This document shows, piece after piece, positions 17,115 through 26,971 of a stretch of DNA of 64,000 bases. The first letter of the stretch is position 1. Every line of letters begins with the position of its first letter. The DNA comes from Dyella sp. (GTDB taxonomy: Bacteria > Pseudomonadota > Gammaproteobacteria > Xanthomonadales > Rhodanobacteraceae). Both the position numbers and the translations under genes were made by a program. The notes under the pieces were generated by a model. It was not told where the DNA came from. It ran no database searches and saw only the letters and a program-made list of their open reading frames with translations. The stretch covers positions 57,946 through 121,945 of the forward strand of contig NZ_DASVMI010000030.1 in assembly GCF_036384435.1 (NCBI RefSeq), read 5' to 3'.

Positions 17115-17551
17115 GGCGCACCCCCGGTAACCATTCGCATCAGGGCGACCGTGGCCATGCCCATCAGCATGAACACGAGGGTGGCCACCATGGATCGTGG
17201 CGAAGCCCTGCTCAAGCCACACACGCCATGTCCGCTGGTGCATCCAGCGCCCAGACGTGTTCCGTAGCCGACCAGCAACCCCGCTGCCACAAGCTCCATC
17301 GCACCGTTGACGGAGAGAGGCGGCAGTGGAATGGGCTTGATCTGAAGTGCCAAGCCTGATGCCACGGCAAGTCCAGCCAGGAACAGCGCAGCGATACCTC
17401 GTCCGTCGCCTTCCGACAGGCCTAGGGTCTTGGCAAGCAGACCGGAGACGCCAGCGATGCGTCCGGCAAGAACCAGGTAGGCCCCGGCAGCCGTGCCGAT
17501 CATCACACCGCCTAGGAGCGGCCAATACCACGCCAAGGGGTGCAGGGTCAT
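17111..17551 (-). CDS. YeeE/YedE-family sulfur transporter subunit
   Basis: GRIAGVSG; GTRLGAGCTSGHGVCGLSR.SPRS. Confidence 0.9.
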   Translation of the reverse strand: MTLHPLAWYWPLLGGVMIGTAAGAYLVLAGRIAGVSGLLAKTLGLSEGDGRGIAALFLAGLAVASGLALQIKPIPLPPLSVNGAMELVAAGLLVGYGTRLGAGCTSGHGVCGLSRASPRSMVATLVFMLMGMATVALMRMVTGGAP

Positions 17552-18489
17552 AGCAAGTCCACCGGCAGCTTGAGGTAGCGCACGCCGTTGTCGTCGGGCT
17601 CGGGCAGGTGGCCGGCGCGCATGTTGACTTGTACTGATGGCAGGATGAGGCGAGGCATGGGGAGCGCGGCATCCCGTGCTTCCCGCATCTCCACGAACAT
17701 CGCTTCGGTCACGCCGTCGTGTACGTGCACGTTGGACGCCCTTTCGGCGCCGATGGTGGTTTCCCATGCGAAATGATCGCGGCCGGTGGCCTTGTAGTCA
17801 TGGCATAGGAAAACCCGGGCATGATCCGGTAGCGCCAGCAGGCGGTGGATCGAGCGATATAGTTGGCGTGCCGAACCACCAGGGAAATCGCAACGGGCGG
17901 TGCCATAGTCCGGCATAAAGAGGGTGTCGCCGGGAAACACCGCGTCTCCGATCACATAGGCCAGACATGCTGGGGTATGGCCCGGCACGTGTAGCGCTAT
18001 CGCCTCTAGATTCCCGATGTTGAAGGTGGCGCCATCAGCGAAAAGACGATCGAACTGGCTGCCATCCCGTTTGAAGTCGGCACCGGCATGGAAGACCTTG
18101 CCAAAGGTGTCCTGCACAGCAGTGATGTGCTCGCCGATAGCTAACGTGCCGCCCACCTGCTCTTGCAGCCATGGGGCCGCCGAGAGATGGTCGGCATGCG
18201 CATGGGTTTCCAGCAGCCACTGGACGTTCAGGCCTTCCTCGCGCACATACCGCACCAGTGCCGAGGCAGAGTCTGTGGAGGTGCGTCCCGCGGCCATGTC
18301 GAAGTCAAGCACGCTATCGATAATGGCGCATGCGGACGAAGCAGGATCGCGTACTACATGGGTGGCCGTGAAAGTGACCGGATCGAAGAAGGTCTGCACA
18401 TGAGGCGAAAATGCAGGGTTGGCGTGCGCCTTGAGGACGATGCCAGAAGCCCACTCCAAGGAGACATCTGCAGCTACGGACGGGTTCAC
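17548..18489 (-). CDS. Persulfide dioxygenase (Blh/ETHE1-like MBL-fold protein)
   Basis: LETHAHADHLSAA, HVPGHTPAC, GDTLFMPDYGTARCDFPGG, LCHDY. Confidence 0.92.
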   Translation of the reverse strand: MNPSVAADVSLEWASGIVLKAHANPAFSPHVQTFFDPVTFTATHVVRDPASSACAIIDSVLDFDMAAGRTSTDSASALVRYVREEGLNVQWLLETHAHADHLSAAPWLQEQVGGTLAIGEHITAVQDTFGKVFHAGADFKRDGSQFDRLFADGATFNIGNLEAIALHVPGHTPACLAYVIGDAVFPGDTLFMPDYGTARCDFPGGSARQLYRSIHRLLALPDHARVFLCHDYKATGRDHFAWETTIGAERASNVHVHDGVTEAMFVEMREARDAALPMPRLILPSVQVNMRAGHLPEPDDNGVRYLKLPVDLL

Positions 18490-18615
18490 GGCACGCTCCG
18501 CGTCGGTTGGATGGCGAGATAATTACATGATTTATGAAAGTATGCAACTATTGAATTCGTGGTAGGTTGCACCGAAGCCGCTCGCGGCGCTTTTCCCGCA
18601 AAATCCAAGGTGTCC

Positions 18616-18963
18616 ATGGCGTCCCTGCCCGCTACCAGCCCCTCGTTCACCCCGGCCGACCTTGCCGTCATGAAAGCGCGCGTGCCTGAAGTTTCCGAGT
18701 TGCTGCGCTTTATGGCCACGCCATCGCGCCTGCTGCTGCTGTGCCAGCTCGCCCAGGGGGAAATGACAGTGGGCGGCCTGGAGGAAGCGACCGGGATCCG
18801 CCAGCCAGCACTCTCCCAGCAATTGGCCGAGCTGCGTCAACGACAGCTGGTCGCTACCCGACGCGAATCGAGGTCGATCATCTATCGCATGGCGGACTCG
18901 CGCGTCGCAGCTTTGCTTACCGCGATGCATGGGATCTTCTGTATGGATGCTGCATCGCCTTAA
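18616..18963 (+). CDS. ArsR/SmtB repressor, BigR/SqrR type
   Basis: RLLLLCQL...ALSQQLAELR...HGIFC: the two Cys of BigR-type persulfide sensors; divergent from the dioxygenase. Confidence 0.85.
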   Translation: MASLPATSPSFTPADLAVMKARVPEVSELLRFMATPSRLLLLCQLAQGEMTVGGLEEATGIRQPALSQQLAELRQRQLVATRRESRSIIYRMADSRVAALLTAMHGIFCMDAASP

Positions 18964-19232
18964 AGCGATCCAGCAACTTGGCTTGATGTGCCGCGGCGAT
19001 CTCGACGTTCCTTGGTGGCAGGCTGACACAAGAGAAGTGGCTTGCTTGACGGACTTCCGGTTTGCGCCGCAAAAATACAAACAGAATCCATGCCGCAATG
19101 GGCCGCTTGAAGCCGAGAGTTATCGCCGCGCAATGCAAGCCAAGCCATTGCATTCCAACTTGACGCCTGGCCAAGTGGCACCACAGAATCCTGAATTAAC
19201 CTCCTCATAAAGTCTGTGGATAGCCAAGCCTT

Positions 19233-19679
19233 ATGAAGCATGCTCCACCCGGCTACGAATGTCCGTTCTGCGGCATTGCCGAGACGCTTCCTTCGCCGGC
19301 TTCGGAGTCTGCCGTCGTGCTCGTGGAGACCAACGTTTACGCCCTGATTCCCACGCTCTGCTACGCCGGCATCAAGGGGAATTGCCTGGTGATTCCTCGA
19401 CGACACTACGAAAACGTGCTGGATATGCCGGATGACCTTGGCAGCGATTTCTTTCGCGCCACGCGTCGCCTGGCGCAGGCCATGCTGACCGCCTTCGGGT
19501 GCAACGGCATTTCCACTCGCCAACATAACGGCCCAGCTGGCAACCAGGATGTGTGGCATTACCACCTCCATGTGTTTCCTCGTTATGCCAAAGACGATCT
19601 GTACGCCAGACCCAAGGCTCCATACACCGTGGAAGAACGCATGGAACTGGCAGCTACTCTCCGGGCGGCCTTGCAGTAA
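19233..19679 (+). CDS. HIT family hydrolase
   Basis: CPFC N-terminus; NQDVWHYHLHVFPR histidine triad. Confidence 0.92.
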   Translation: MKHAPPGYECPFCGIAETLPSPASESAVVLVETNVYALIPTLCYAGIKGNCLVIPRRHYENVLDMPDDLGSDFFRATRRLAQAMLTAFGCNGISTRQHNGPAGNQDVWHYHLHVFPRYAKDDLYARPKAPYTVEERMELAATLRAALQ

Positions 19680-19974
19680 CACGCGCTCTGCTTGCGAGCA
19701 GATCGACTTGCACGCGCCGTAGTGGCACCGTCATGGCAATCCATGCAAGCCAATGCTTTAAAATATTGCGTTACGTTCGAACAAAACGGTATGCCGGTGG
19801 TACCGATCACACTACGGGCATGGCACTCGGCCCGGCCTTGCATCGTGGTGCACACGCGGCTGCTTCTATCGTAGATGCGATGCGTCACAGGTAAGACGAT
19901 TCAACGGATCTCGCATTCACGTAACGACAAGAAAATCGGGCTGCTGGCAATGGATATGCCAGCAGCCGATTGAT

Positions 19975-20730
19975 TCAGACTTGCGCTTGACCGCCATCGA
20001 TGAAGAGCTCGATCCCGGCGATGAATGCAGCATCCGGCGAGGCAAGAAATACCGCGGCGCCCGCCACGTCGTTAGGGTCCCCCACCCGGCCGAGCGGAAC
20101 CGTGGATGCCATGTAGTCGAGCATCCCTTGCTGGTCTGCGGGGTCGGAACCGGCGAGTTCGACCAGGCCCGGTGTCTTGATCGGGCCGGGACTGATCACG
20201 TTGACGCGAATACCCCGCGACTTGAGATCAAGCGTCCAGCTACGCGCGAAATTGCGTACCGCCGCCTTCGTCGCACTGTAGACGCTGAAGGCCGGCGTGC
20301 CCTTGATGCTTACGTTGGACCCCGTCAGGATCACCGATGCACCATCGACAAGCAGAGGCAGCGCTTTTTGCACGGTGAACAGCACGCCCTTCACATTGCG
20401 ACCAAAGGTATCTTCGTAATGTTCTTCGGTGATGGAGCCAAGCGGCAGCATCGAGCCACCTCCGGCGTTGACGAACAGGATATCGATGCGACCGGCTTCG
20501 TTCTTGACCCGCTCGTAGAGACGATTGAGGTCATTGAGATCGGCGGAGTCGGCCTGCACGCCGATGGCGCCTGAACCAATCGCCGCCACCGCGGCCTGAA
20601 GCTCCTGCTGGCGGCGACCGGTGACGAACACCTGGGCTCCTTCCAATGCAAAACGCTTGGCCGTAGCCAGTCCGATACCGCTGGTGCCGCCCGTGACAAC
20701 GGCAATCTTTCCTTCCAGTTTGCGAGCCAT
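19975..20730 (-). CDS. SDR oxidoreductase
   Basis: MARKLEGKIAVVTGGTSGIG; YSATK. Confidence 0.93.
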   Translation of the reverse strand: MARKLEGKIAVVTGGTSGIGLATAKRFALEGAQVFVTGRRQQELQAAVAAIGSGAIGVQADSADLNDLNRLYERVKNEAGRIDILFVNAGGGSMLPLGSITEEHYEDTFGRNVKGVLFTVQKALPLLVDGASVILTGSNVSIKGTPAFSVYSATKAAVRNFARSWTLDLKSRGIRVNVISPGPIKTPGLVELAGSDPADQQGMLDYMASTVPLGRVGDPNDVAGAAVFLASPDAAFIAGIELFIDGGQAQV

Positions 20731-20772
20731 GGTTTGTCTCCTGTTGTGGGGTGAGACAAATCTAGGGCCGCA

Positions 20773-20792
20773 TGCTATTTTTCGAAATAGCA
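20773..20792. promoter_or_regulatory. Inverted repeat TGCTATTT-TTCG-AAATAGCA, LysR-type box
   Basis: Between the divergent SDR and LysR genes. Confidence 0.55.
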
Positions 20793-20822
20793 ACAAATGA
20801 AAACCATCATTGCATATTTGAT

Positions 20823-21779
20823 ATGTCCAAACTTCCCGATTTTGAAGGCCTGGCCATGTTCGGCAAGGTGGCCGAAGAAGGCTCTTTTGCCGGGGCAGCC
20901 ACGGCCATGGGCGTCTCGGTGGCGACGGTGTCGCGTGCGGTCACCCGACTGGAAGAGCGACTTGGCGGTCGCCTGTTCAATCGAACATCGCGTCGATTGT
21001 CCCTCACCGATTACGGCCGCTCCCTCGCAGAACGCGCCACGAAGATCTATACCGATGCCGCGGATGCCGAGGATTTCGCACGCGAGACATCGCGCCGGCC
21101 GCGCGGCCTGATCAAGCTCGCTGTGCCGCTATCGTTCGGTACGCGCTGGGTTGCGCCGTTGTTGCCGGAATTCTTTCGCGCCTATCCGGATATAGCTATC
21201 GACCTGCATGCCAGCGATGCACGAGCAGACCTGATCGGCGAAGGCTTCGATGCGGCGTTGCGCATCGCCGCCATGGAAGATTCATCACTAGTGGCGCGGC
21301 TCATCGCCCCGATGCGTCGATTCCTGGTGGCCGCTCCGGACTACCTCTCTCTTCGTGGCCGACCGCAGCATCCCCGTGATCTTGGCGCCCATCCATGCCT
21401 GAGTTACGCCATCCGCAACCGCAGGGATGTATGGCATTTCACCCATGAACGAAGTGGCGAGGAATGCAGCATCACACCTACAGGCATGCTGCGCGCCACC
21501 AGTGTGGAGATCCTGCTTCCTACCATATTGGCAGGCACGGCGATTACCGAAGTGCCCGAATTCATCGCCACCGAATACTTTCGCAGCGGGCAACTCGAAC
21601 CCGTCTTGCCTGATTGGAATATGCCATCCGGTGGCCTGTATTTTGTCACGCCGACGACCCGCGCACGGCCAGCAAAAGTCAGCGTGCTAGCGGACTTTCT
21701 CACGTCCCGGCTGGCGGTGGCGCAATGGCGATCGGAACCCCATATCGGCAAGAAGTCACCCCGTGCTCGCAGGCGATAA
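20823..21779 (+). CDS. LysR transcriptional regulator (CrgA-like)
   Basis: GSFAGAATAMGVSVATVSRAVTRLEERLGGRLFNRTSR. Confidence 0.95.
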   Translation: MSKLPDFEGLAMFGKVAEEGSFAGAATAMGVSVATVSRAVTRLEERLGGRLFNRTSRRLSLTDYGRSLAERATKIYTDAADAEDFARETSRRPRGLIKLAVPLSFGTRWVAPLLPEFFRAYPDIAIDLHASDARADLIGEGFDAALRIAAMEDSSLVARLIAPMRRFLVAAPDYLSLRGRPQHPRDLGAHPCLSYAIRNRRDVWHFTHERSGEECSITPTGMLRATSVEILLPTILAGTAITEVPEFIATEYFRSGQLEPVLPDWNMPSGGLYFVTPTTRARPAKVSVLADFLTSRLAVAQWRSEPHIGKKSPRARRR

Positions 21780-22011
21780 CGTTGGGGCTCGCGCCCTTTC
21801 ATGGTTTCTGGAACTCAAGAAGCTGCTCCTGTTCTTCGTGCTGGCCGGTTTCTGAAAGCGACGCGGAGCTGGATGACGGACGGCCAACAAGGATAGGGAT
21901 GGATGGGAGAGGTTTGCGGCGCGTCGTGCTGCCGCGAACCGGGGCACGCCCTCGCGACAGGCATCCCATCATGCGATGGCCGCTTGATACAGCGCAGGAA
22001 AATCCCTGGCT

Positions 22012-23571
22012 TTAAAGCCCGCTCTTGGCCATTCTCGCCTGCACCCACCAGGCGGCACGTCGTATCAAGCTAAGCCCTGGATACTGGCTCCATACAAAGG
22101 TGCCGACACTTTTCGGTGGCATCATGTATTCGAACCGGCTTTGATCGTCGACGACGGAAAGATGGCGCTCTTCGGCGTTGCTGTTCACCACCACCAGCAC
22201 GATGGAACTATCCACCGTGTTCTGGAATGCCACGTTCGCGATGCCCTTGTCGGTATCGGTCGAGTTCACCCGAAACGCGCCCGGCAACACGAAGCGGCTG
22301 AAATGCGCGAGGGCGTAGTATTCATCGTTGCGACTCACCTCGCCGGTTTTCGAGTCGATGGTGATCACGCCCTTGCAGTTGGCGCATCCGCCAAAATGCG
22401 GGCCGTGGTTTTCATCGAGCGCCAGATTCCAGTAGATGACGCCGCGTGCCCATTGCCGGATGCTTGCGATCAACAGGTTGCGCGAGAACCATAACAGCTC
22501 GCCGTGAATACTCGACGCCCAATCGCCGCCGGAACATTCGGTGAGATACGCATCCTTGCTCGGAAAAGCTCGATGCAGGCGCCCTTGTGCATAGGGGCTG
22601 CCTTCGTAGCAGTGCCAGGCGATGCTGTCGACATAACGGGCAGCCTCTGGATAGGCGAGCACGCTCGATGCCTGTTCGGGATGACTCCAGTTGTGATCCC
22701 ACTCCATGATGCGCGTGAAGGGCTTGCGTGTGGCCAGCTTGGGACCGAGGTAATTGGCGATCAGGCGCGTTCGCTGCTCGGATCCCATCGCCATGCCCGG
22801 ATAGGTCAAGGGCTGGAAAGCAGGTTCGTTTTGCAGGGTCAGCGCAAAAATGGGAATGCCATACTTGCGATAGGTGTCGATGTACTTGAGCAGATAGTCC
22901 GCGTACACGCTTTCGTACTGCTCCAGCAACGTACCGCCAATCAGGTTCTCGCTGCTCTTCATCCATGCCGGCGCACTCCATGACGTCGCGACAATGGCGA
23001 GCTGGGGATCGATGGCCAGGATCTGGCGTACCGTCGGTATCACGTCGAGCAGGTTGGATGCCACATTGAAATGCTCAAGCGACGGGTCGCTATCACCGAC
23101 AGGCACGTCATCGAGCGTGTAGGGCTTCAACGAAAAATCCGATGCACCAATCGTCAGGCGCATCATGTTGAAGTCGAGGTTTGGCGGCGGTCCGTAGAGC
23201 TCATGCAACAAGGCGGCGCGTTGCAGCGCATTGAGCTTGTTCTGGATCAACCAGGCCGACGAGTCGGTCATGGCCGCGCCGAATCCCACCATGGATTGAT
23301 AGGTCTTGTGTACGTCCACCACGATGTCGGCGTCGGCCTTGCCGCGCGCACTCATGGCGATGTCGGGCTGCGGCTCAAGCTTCAGCCGGCGATCGGCCGT
23401 GCTCAGCCACAGCTCGACGACAGGCACGACGGGCTTTTCGACCACGGCGATCTTGGGCGGCGCCACCATCTGCCGGGACGGCAGCGCATACAGCGCCATG
23501 AAGCTGATCACAATGAGTCCAGCGATGAGGGCGACGGTCACCCGCCCCGATCCCATCCCATGTTCATCCAT
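22012..23571 (-). CDS. Glycoside hydrolase family 30 (glucosylceramidase/beta-1,6-glucanase-like)
   Basis: GFGAAMTD, MRLTIGASDFS, LQNEP (acid/base), LTECSGG (nucleophile), WNLALD. Confidence 0.92.
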   Translation of the reverse strand: MDEHGMGSGRVTVALIAGLIVISFMALYALPSRQMVAPPKIAVVEKPVVPVVELWLSTADRRLKLEPQPDIAMSARGKADADIVVDVHKTYQSMVGFGAAMTDSSAWLIQNKLNALQRAALLHELYGPPPNLDFNMMRLTIGASDFSLKPYTLDDVPVGDSDPSLEHFNVASNLLDVIPTVRQILAIDPQLAIVATSWSAPAWMKSSENLIGGTLLEQYESVYADYLLKYIDTYRKYGIPIFALTLQNEPAFQPLTYPGMAMGSEQRTRLIANYLGPKLATRKPFTRIMEWDHNWSHPEQASSVLAYPEAARYVDSIAWHCYEGSPYAQGRLHRAFPSKDAYLTECSGGDWASSIHGELLWFSRNLLIASIRQWARGVIYWNLALDENHGPHFGGCANCKGVITIDSKTGEVSRNDEYYALAHFSRFVLPGAFRVNSTDTDKGIANVAFQNTVDSSIVLVVVNSNAEERHLSVVDDQSRFEYMMPPKSVGTFVWSQYPGLSLIRRAAWWVQARMAKSGL

Positions 23572-23751
23572 AGCGCCTGTAACGTCCTTTGCCCATGCCG
23601 CGGCTCACCTGGATCACTTTGTTGCTGGACGTGTATATCAGAGCAGGAAGTGGCATCCACTTTCCAGGCTCCCGATGCGATCAGCCTGACAAATCGATCC
23701 CAAGGAGAGCCTGAACGCGCTCCATGGCCTCCCTGCAGGAAACTGCGGCGG

Positions 23752-24375
23752 TCATAAGCCTTCGCGGCGACAGATCTCCTGGACCAGCAGATGCGACAGT
23801 GCGGCCACGTGACCATCGTATTTCCGGATGGCAGGGATGGCCCATTCACCGCCGGCAAGGACAAAGTGCTGTTCCCATTGCGGCATCGCCAGCAATTGAT
23901 CGACGGTCACGCGCCGGGAACCACCCATTTCCGCATGACCGCCACCGATGGATTGGCCAACGCCGAACAGTCGCGTGCTGAACGGATAGACGTGCACATC
24001 ATAGACATGGTGCGACGGATGCTCGGTCGTGGGCGCCTGGTTTTTATAGCTCAGGCGAAGCAGTTGATTCTCCCGTCGCTCGGCGGTCAGGGGCACCGAA
24101 TGTTCGTAAAGGTAGCTGGCAGGCAATTCACCTACCTGCGGCCAGGCCACGTGTTGCTCCGTGTACGTCAGATGCTTGAACGTTCTGGGATAGGCAAGTT
24201 GCGTCCATCCCAAGTCCTCGCGGGCGATGCTTGCATTGAACAGTCGATGTTCGCTGCCAGCAAACTCGATGACCAGTTGCCAGGTTTCATTGGGGGCGAC
24301 ACGGTGAATGCCTGGAGCACGCTTCGACATTTCCAAAGGCACGTCGCCAGGAAGCGAGTTTGTTGTGCCGGGCAT
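23752..24375 (-). CDS. Hypothetical protein, N-terminus DUF2442-like
   Basis: 207-aa ORF with coding-like composition; LVIEF..SEHRLF...FKHL....VAW...EL.A..LYE.S resembles DUF2442. Confidence 0.55.
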   Translation of the reverse strand: MPGTTNSLPGDVPLEMSKRAPGIHRVAPNETWQLVIEFAGSEHRLFNASIAREDLGWTQLAYPRTFKHLTYTEQHVAWPQVGELPASYLYEHSVPLTAERRENQLLRLSYKNQAPTTEHPSHHVYDVHVYPFSTRLFGVGQSIGGGHAEMGGSRRVTVDQLLAMPQWEQHFVLAGGEWAIPAIRKYDGHVAALSHLLVQEICRREGL

Positions 24376-24685
24376 CTTTGCAGCTCCTTTGAGTCTTATC
24401 GCATCGGCAAGTTTAGAGGCATGGGCCTGGACGCCGAAACGCGATCAATCCCTGGGCCTGATGGGTAGCCCGATCGGGTCGTGAGCCGATCAGATCCGTG
24501 ATCGGCTCATGCGACTGACCCGACCGATGGCTATCCAACGCTTGACCTGGCAACAAGCCGACCGACGCGGCCAGGATCGAAGGCCAATACTGTCGCGCCC
24601 CTGCCAGGTAGCTGCCATCAGGCTCATGAGCAGTTGCCCGGCATGCGCTAAGCTTTGCGCGGCGTAGAACCCCTGGACACGCGAC

Positions 24686-24874
24686 ATGCACAACCTGCCT
24701 CCTGATGGCCTTCCTCGTTATCGCCTGCTCACGGGCAAGGATGATGCTTCGTTTTGCCATCGTGTTTCCGAAGCCTTGAATCTTGGCTACGAGCTTTATG
24801 GCTCGCCTGCCGCAACATTCAACGGCGAACATGTCGTCGTGGCTCAGGCCATCATCTGGCCGGCGAAGGACTAG
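24686..24874 (+). CDS. DUF1737 family protein
   Basis: YRLLTGKDDASFCHRVSEALNLGYELYGSPA. Confidence 0.85.
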   Translation: MHNLPPDGLPRYRLLTGKDDASFCHRVSEALNLGYELYGSPAATFNGEHVVVAQAIIWPAKD

Positions 24875-25045
24875 CGATTCAAAAATAATCGGCAGGCGTT
24901 TCCCGCCGAATATCCCGGCCGATTTACGGGTCACGATACTTCCGTGACCGTCCATTCGCGCCCTCATCTCCCCCTTGTCTGATGTGAATTTTTGCGCCGC
25001 AGCGTGACAGCTTGCGAATTCGGCGTATTAATTTGTCACAGGGGA

Positions 25046-25444
25046 TTTAGATCGATCCAAGTTAAGTGTGACGTAGATCATGTCGCCGTGGCGACACCTC
25101 TGTGGCGCTTGATAAGGGTGGGAGGGCTAACAAGTCGGCGCGCGAGCGCTGACCGGCTTGCTGCTGCTTCCCGCCAGACCGACGAGGGAATGGGAAGCCG
25201 CTAGATGAGACGAGGTTTTACCCGCTTTTCCGCGATAACCAGGCTGCCATGTGCGCATGTTTCTTCTGTTGGGAGAGCGGCGAGCGGTGGTCTGGATGGT
25301 GGTCGCCTTGCTCATTTTGTCGCAACAGGCGGCCACATAAGGCTACGCATGAGCCGAATTCTGACCGTAACCCCCCCGGAAGCATGAAGCATCCATCGAG
25401 AGGGATGGCCGCCTTCCGGTTGTCGAAATTTTAGATCGATCCAA
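25046..25444. promoter_or_regulatory. Two identical 15-mers TTTAGATCGATCCAA (25046-25060, 25430-25444), LacI-type operator candidates
   Basis: Near-palindrome with central CG, upstream of the GH2 remnant. Confidence 0.5.
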
Positions 25445-25603
25445 AAAGCAGGAGGACGAGTGCCGTCTTGAGACCACGAATCCGCGAGCAGTGATCAAAC
25501 AGGGGATCACCTGTGCCGATTTTTATCGCGCACATTTGCATTGGGAAGTTGACACCATGACTTATCTGCCAAACATGTTGACGCGTAAGCCGGCGGCAAG
25601 CCG

Positions 25604-26650
25604 GTGGGCGCAGCAACCGGGCCCGCGAGCCAGCCACTGCACCTGGCTATCGCTCACCCTCACCTGTGGAGCCCGCAGGACCCGTTTCTGTACACCTTCA
25701 AGGCCACGTTGATACAAGGCAAACAGCGTGACGACGTCACCAGCTATGCGGGCTTGCGCAGCATTGCCATCGCAAAAGTCGACGGTCGCAATCGCATCGT
25801 GTTGAATGGCAAGCCGACATTCCTGCTCGCCACGCTGGACCAGGGCTACTGGCCCGACGGCATCTACACCGCACCCACCGACGCCGCCCTGAAATTCGAC
25901 ATACAGAAAACCAAGGACCTGGGCTTCAATACCATCCGCAAGCACATCAAGGTGGAACCGGCGCGCTGGTATTACTGGGCCGATCGCATCGGCCTGATGG
26001 TCTGGCAGTATATGCCGGCACTCTCGAACGGACACAACGATGCGCTGAGCGACGCGGACAAGACGCAATTCCGCGACGACGTCTCTGCCATCGTCAAGCA
26101 GCTCAAGGGAGAAACCTCGATCATCGGCTGGATTGCGTTCAACGAAGGCTGGGGCCGATGGAGCATCCCGGCGGCGGGCGAACTGGCCGCGCAGATCAAG
26201 CAGCTTGACCCGTCACGCCTGGTGGATGCACGCAGCGGCGCCAACTGTTGCGATACCAAGGGTGATCCGCATGCGGGCGATGTCTACGACGTCCATGACT
26301 ATCAAGGCCCCGGCCTGCCCAGCCCGGATGCCGAGCGCGCGGCGATCGACGGTGAACACGGCGGCCTGACGTTGGGCGTGCCCGGTCATGTATGGCCCAA
26401 TACCCCCATCAATCCCTATGGCGCGGTCAAGGACAGCGACGCGCTGACCGATGGCTATGTCGCCAACACCGCGGTGCTACGCGACAAGGGCCCGTCGGTC
26501 GGCGTATCTGGCAGTGTCTATACCCAGATCACCGACGTCGAGGGCGAGCACAACGGCTTGTACACCTATGACCGCAAGATCGAGAAAGTGGACGAATCCA
26601 AGGTGCGTGCCATCAACGATGCAACAATACGCGCCGGCGGGCAGCCGTGA
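25604..26650 (+). pseudogene. N-terminally truncated glycoside hydrolase family 2
   Basis: HLWSPQDPFLY, LDQGYWPDGIYTAP, NTIRKHIKVEP, FNEGWG, GEHGG present; in-frame TAA just upstream and the N-terminal sugar-binding domain is missing. Confidence 0.75.
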
Positions 26651-26971
26651 CGGCACGGCAGCGATTCGTTCAAGCGATGTGGTGTGGTGGGCGGACAGGG
26701 TCTCGAAGGAGTGGCTTTGTAGTGGCCGATGCAGGTCGCGATGGGGGCGAGGCTTGATGGTTTCGACAGCCACCACCTGCGAATGGATCGCAGATGGCTT
26801 CGCCGATGAATTTGCTCCACCCTGGAGACGCATCGTGCCTTTGTGGCGTTGCAGGAGCGACTTCGGTCACGGCTCGGGGTTTCGATAGCCATCATGTGCG
26901 GATGAATCCGTACGGCAAGGTCTTTGACGACCGGAGGGACGCGGGATACGTCAACTGCCCACGCCCCGAAC

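Noticed and set aside
16692-17767. 326-aa and 218-aa fused ORFs
   Set aside because: Artefacts of open frames; the real genes are 16692-17114 and 17111-17551 with stop/start overlaps
17548-18489. Beta-lactamase resistance gene
   Set aside because: Motifs and the YeeE/BigR context indicate a persulfide dioxygenase
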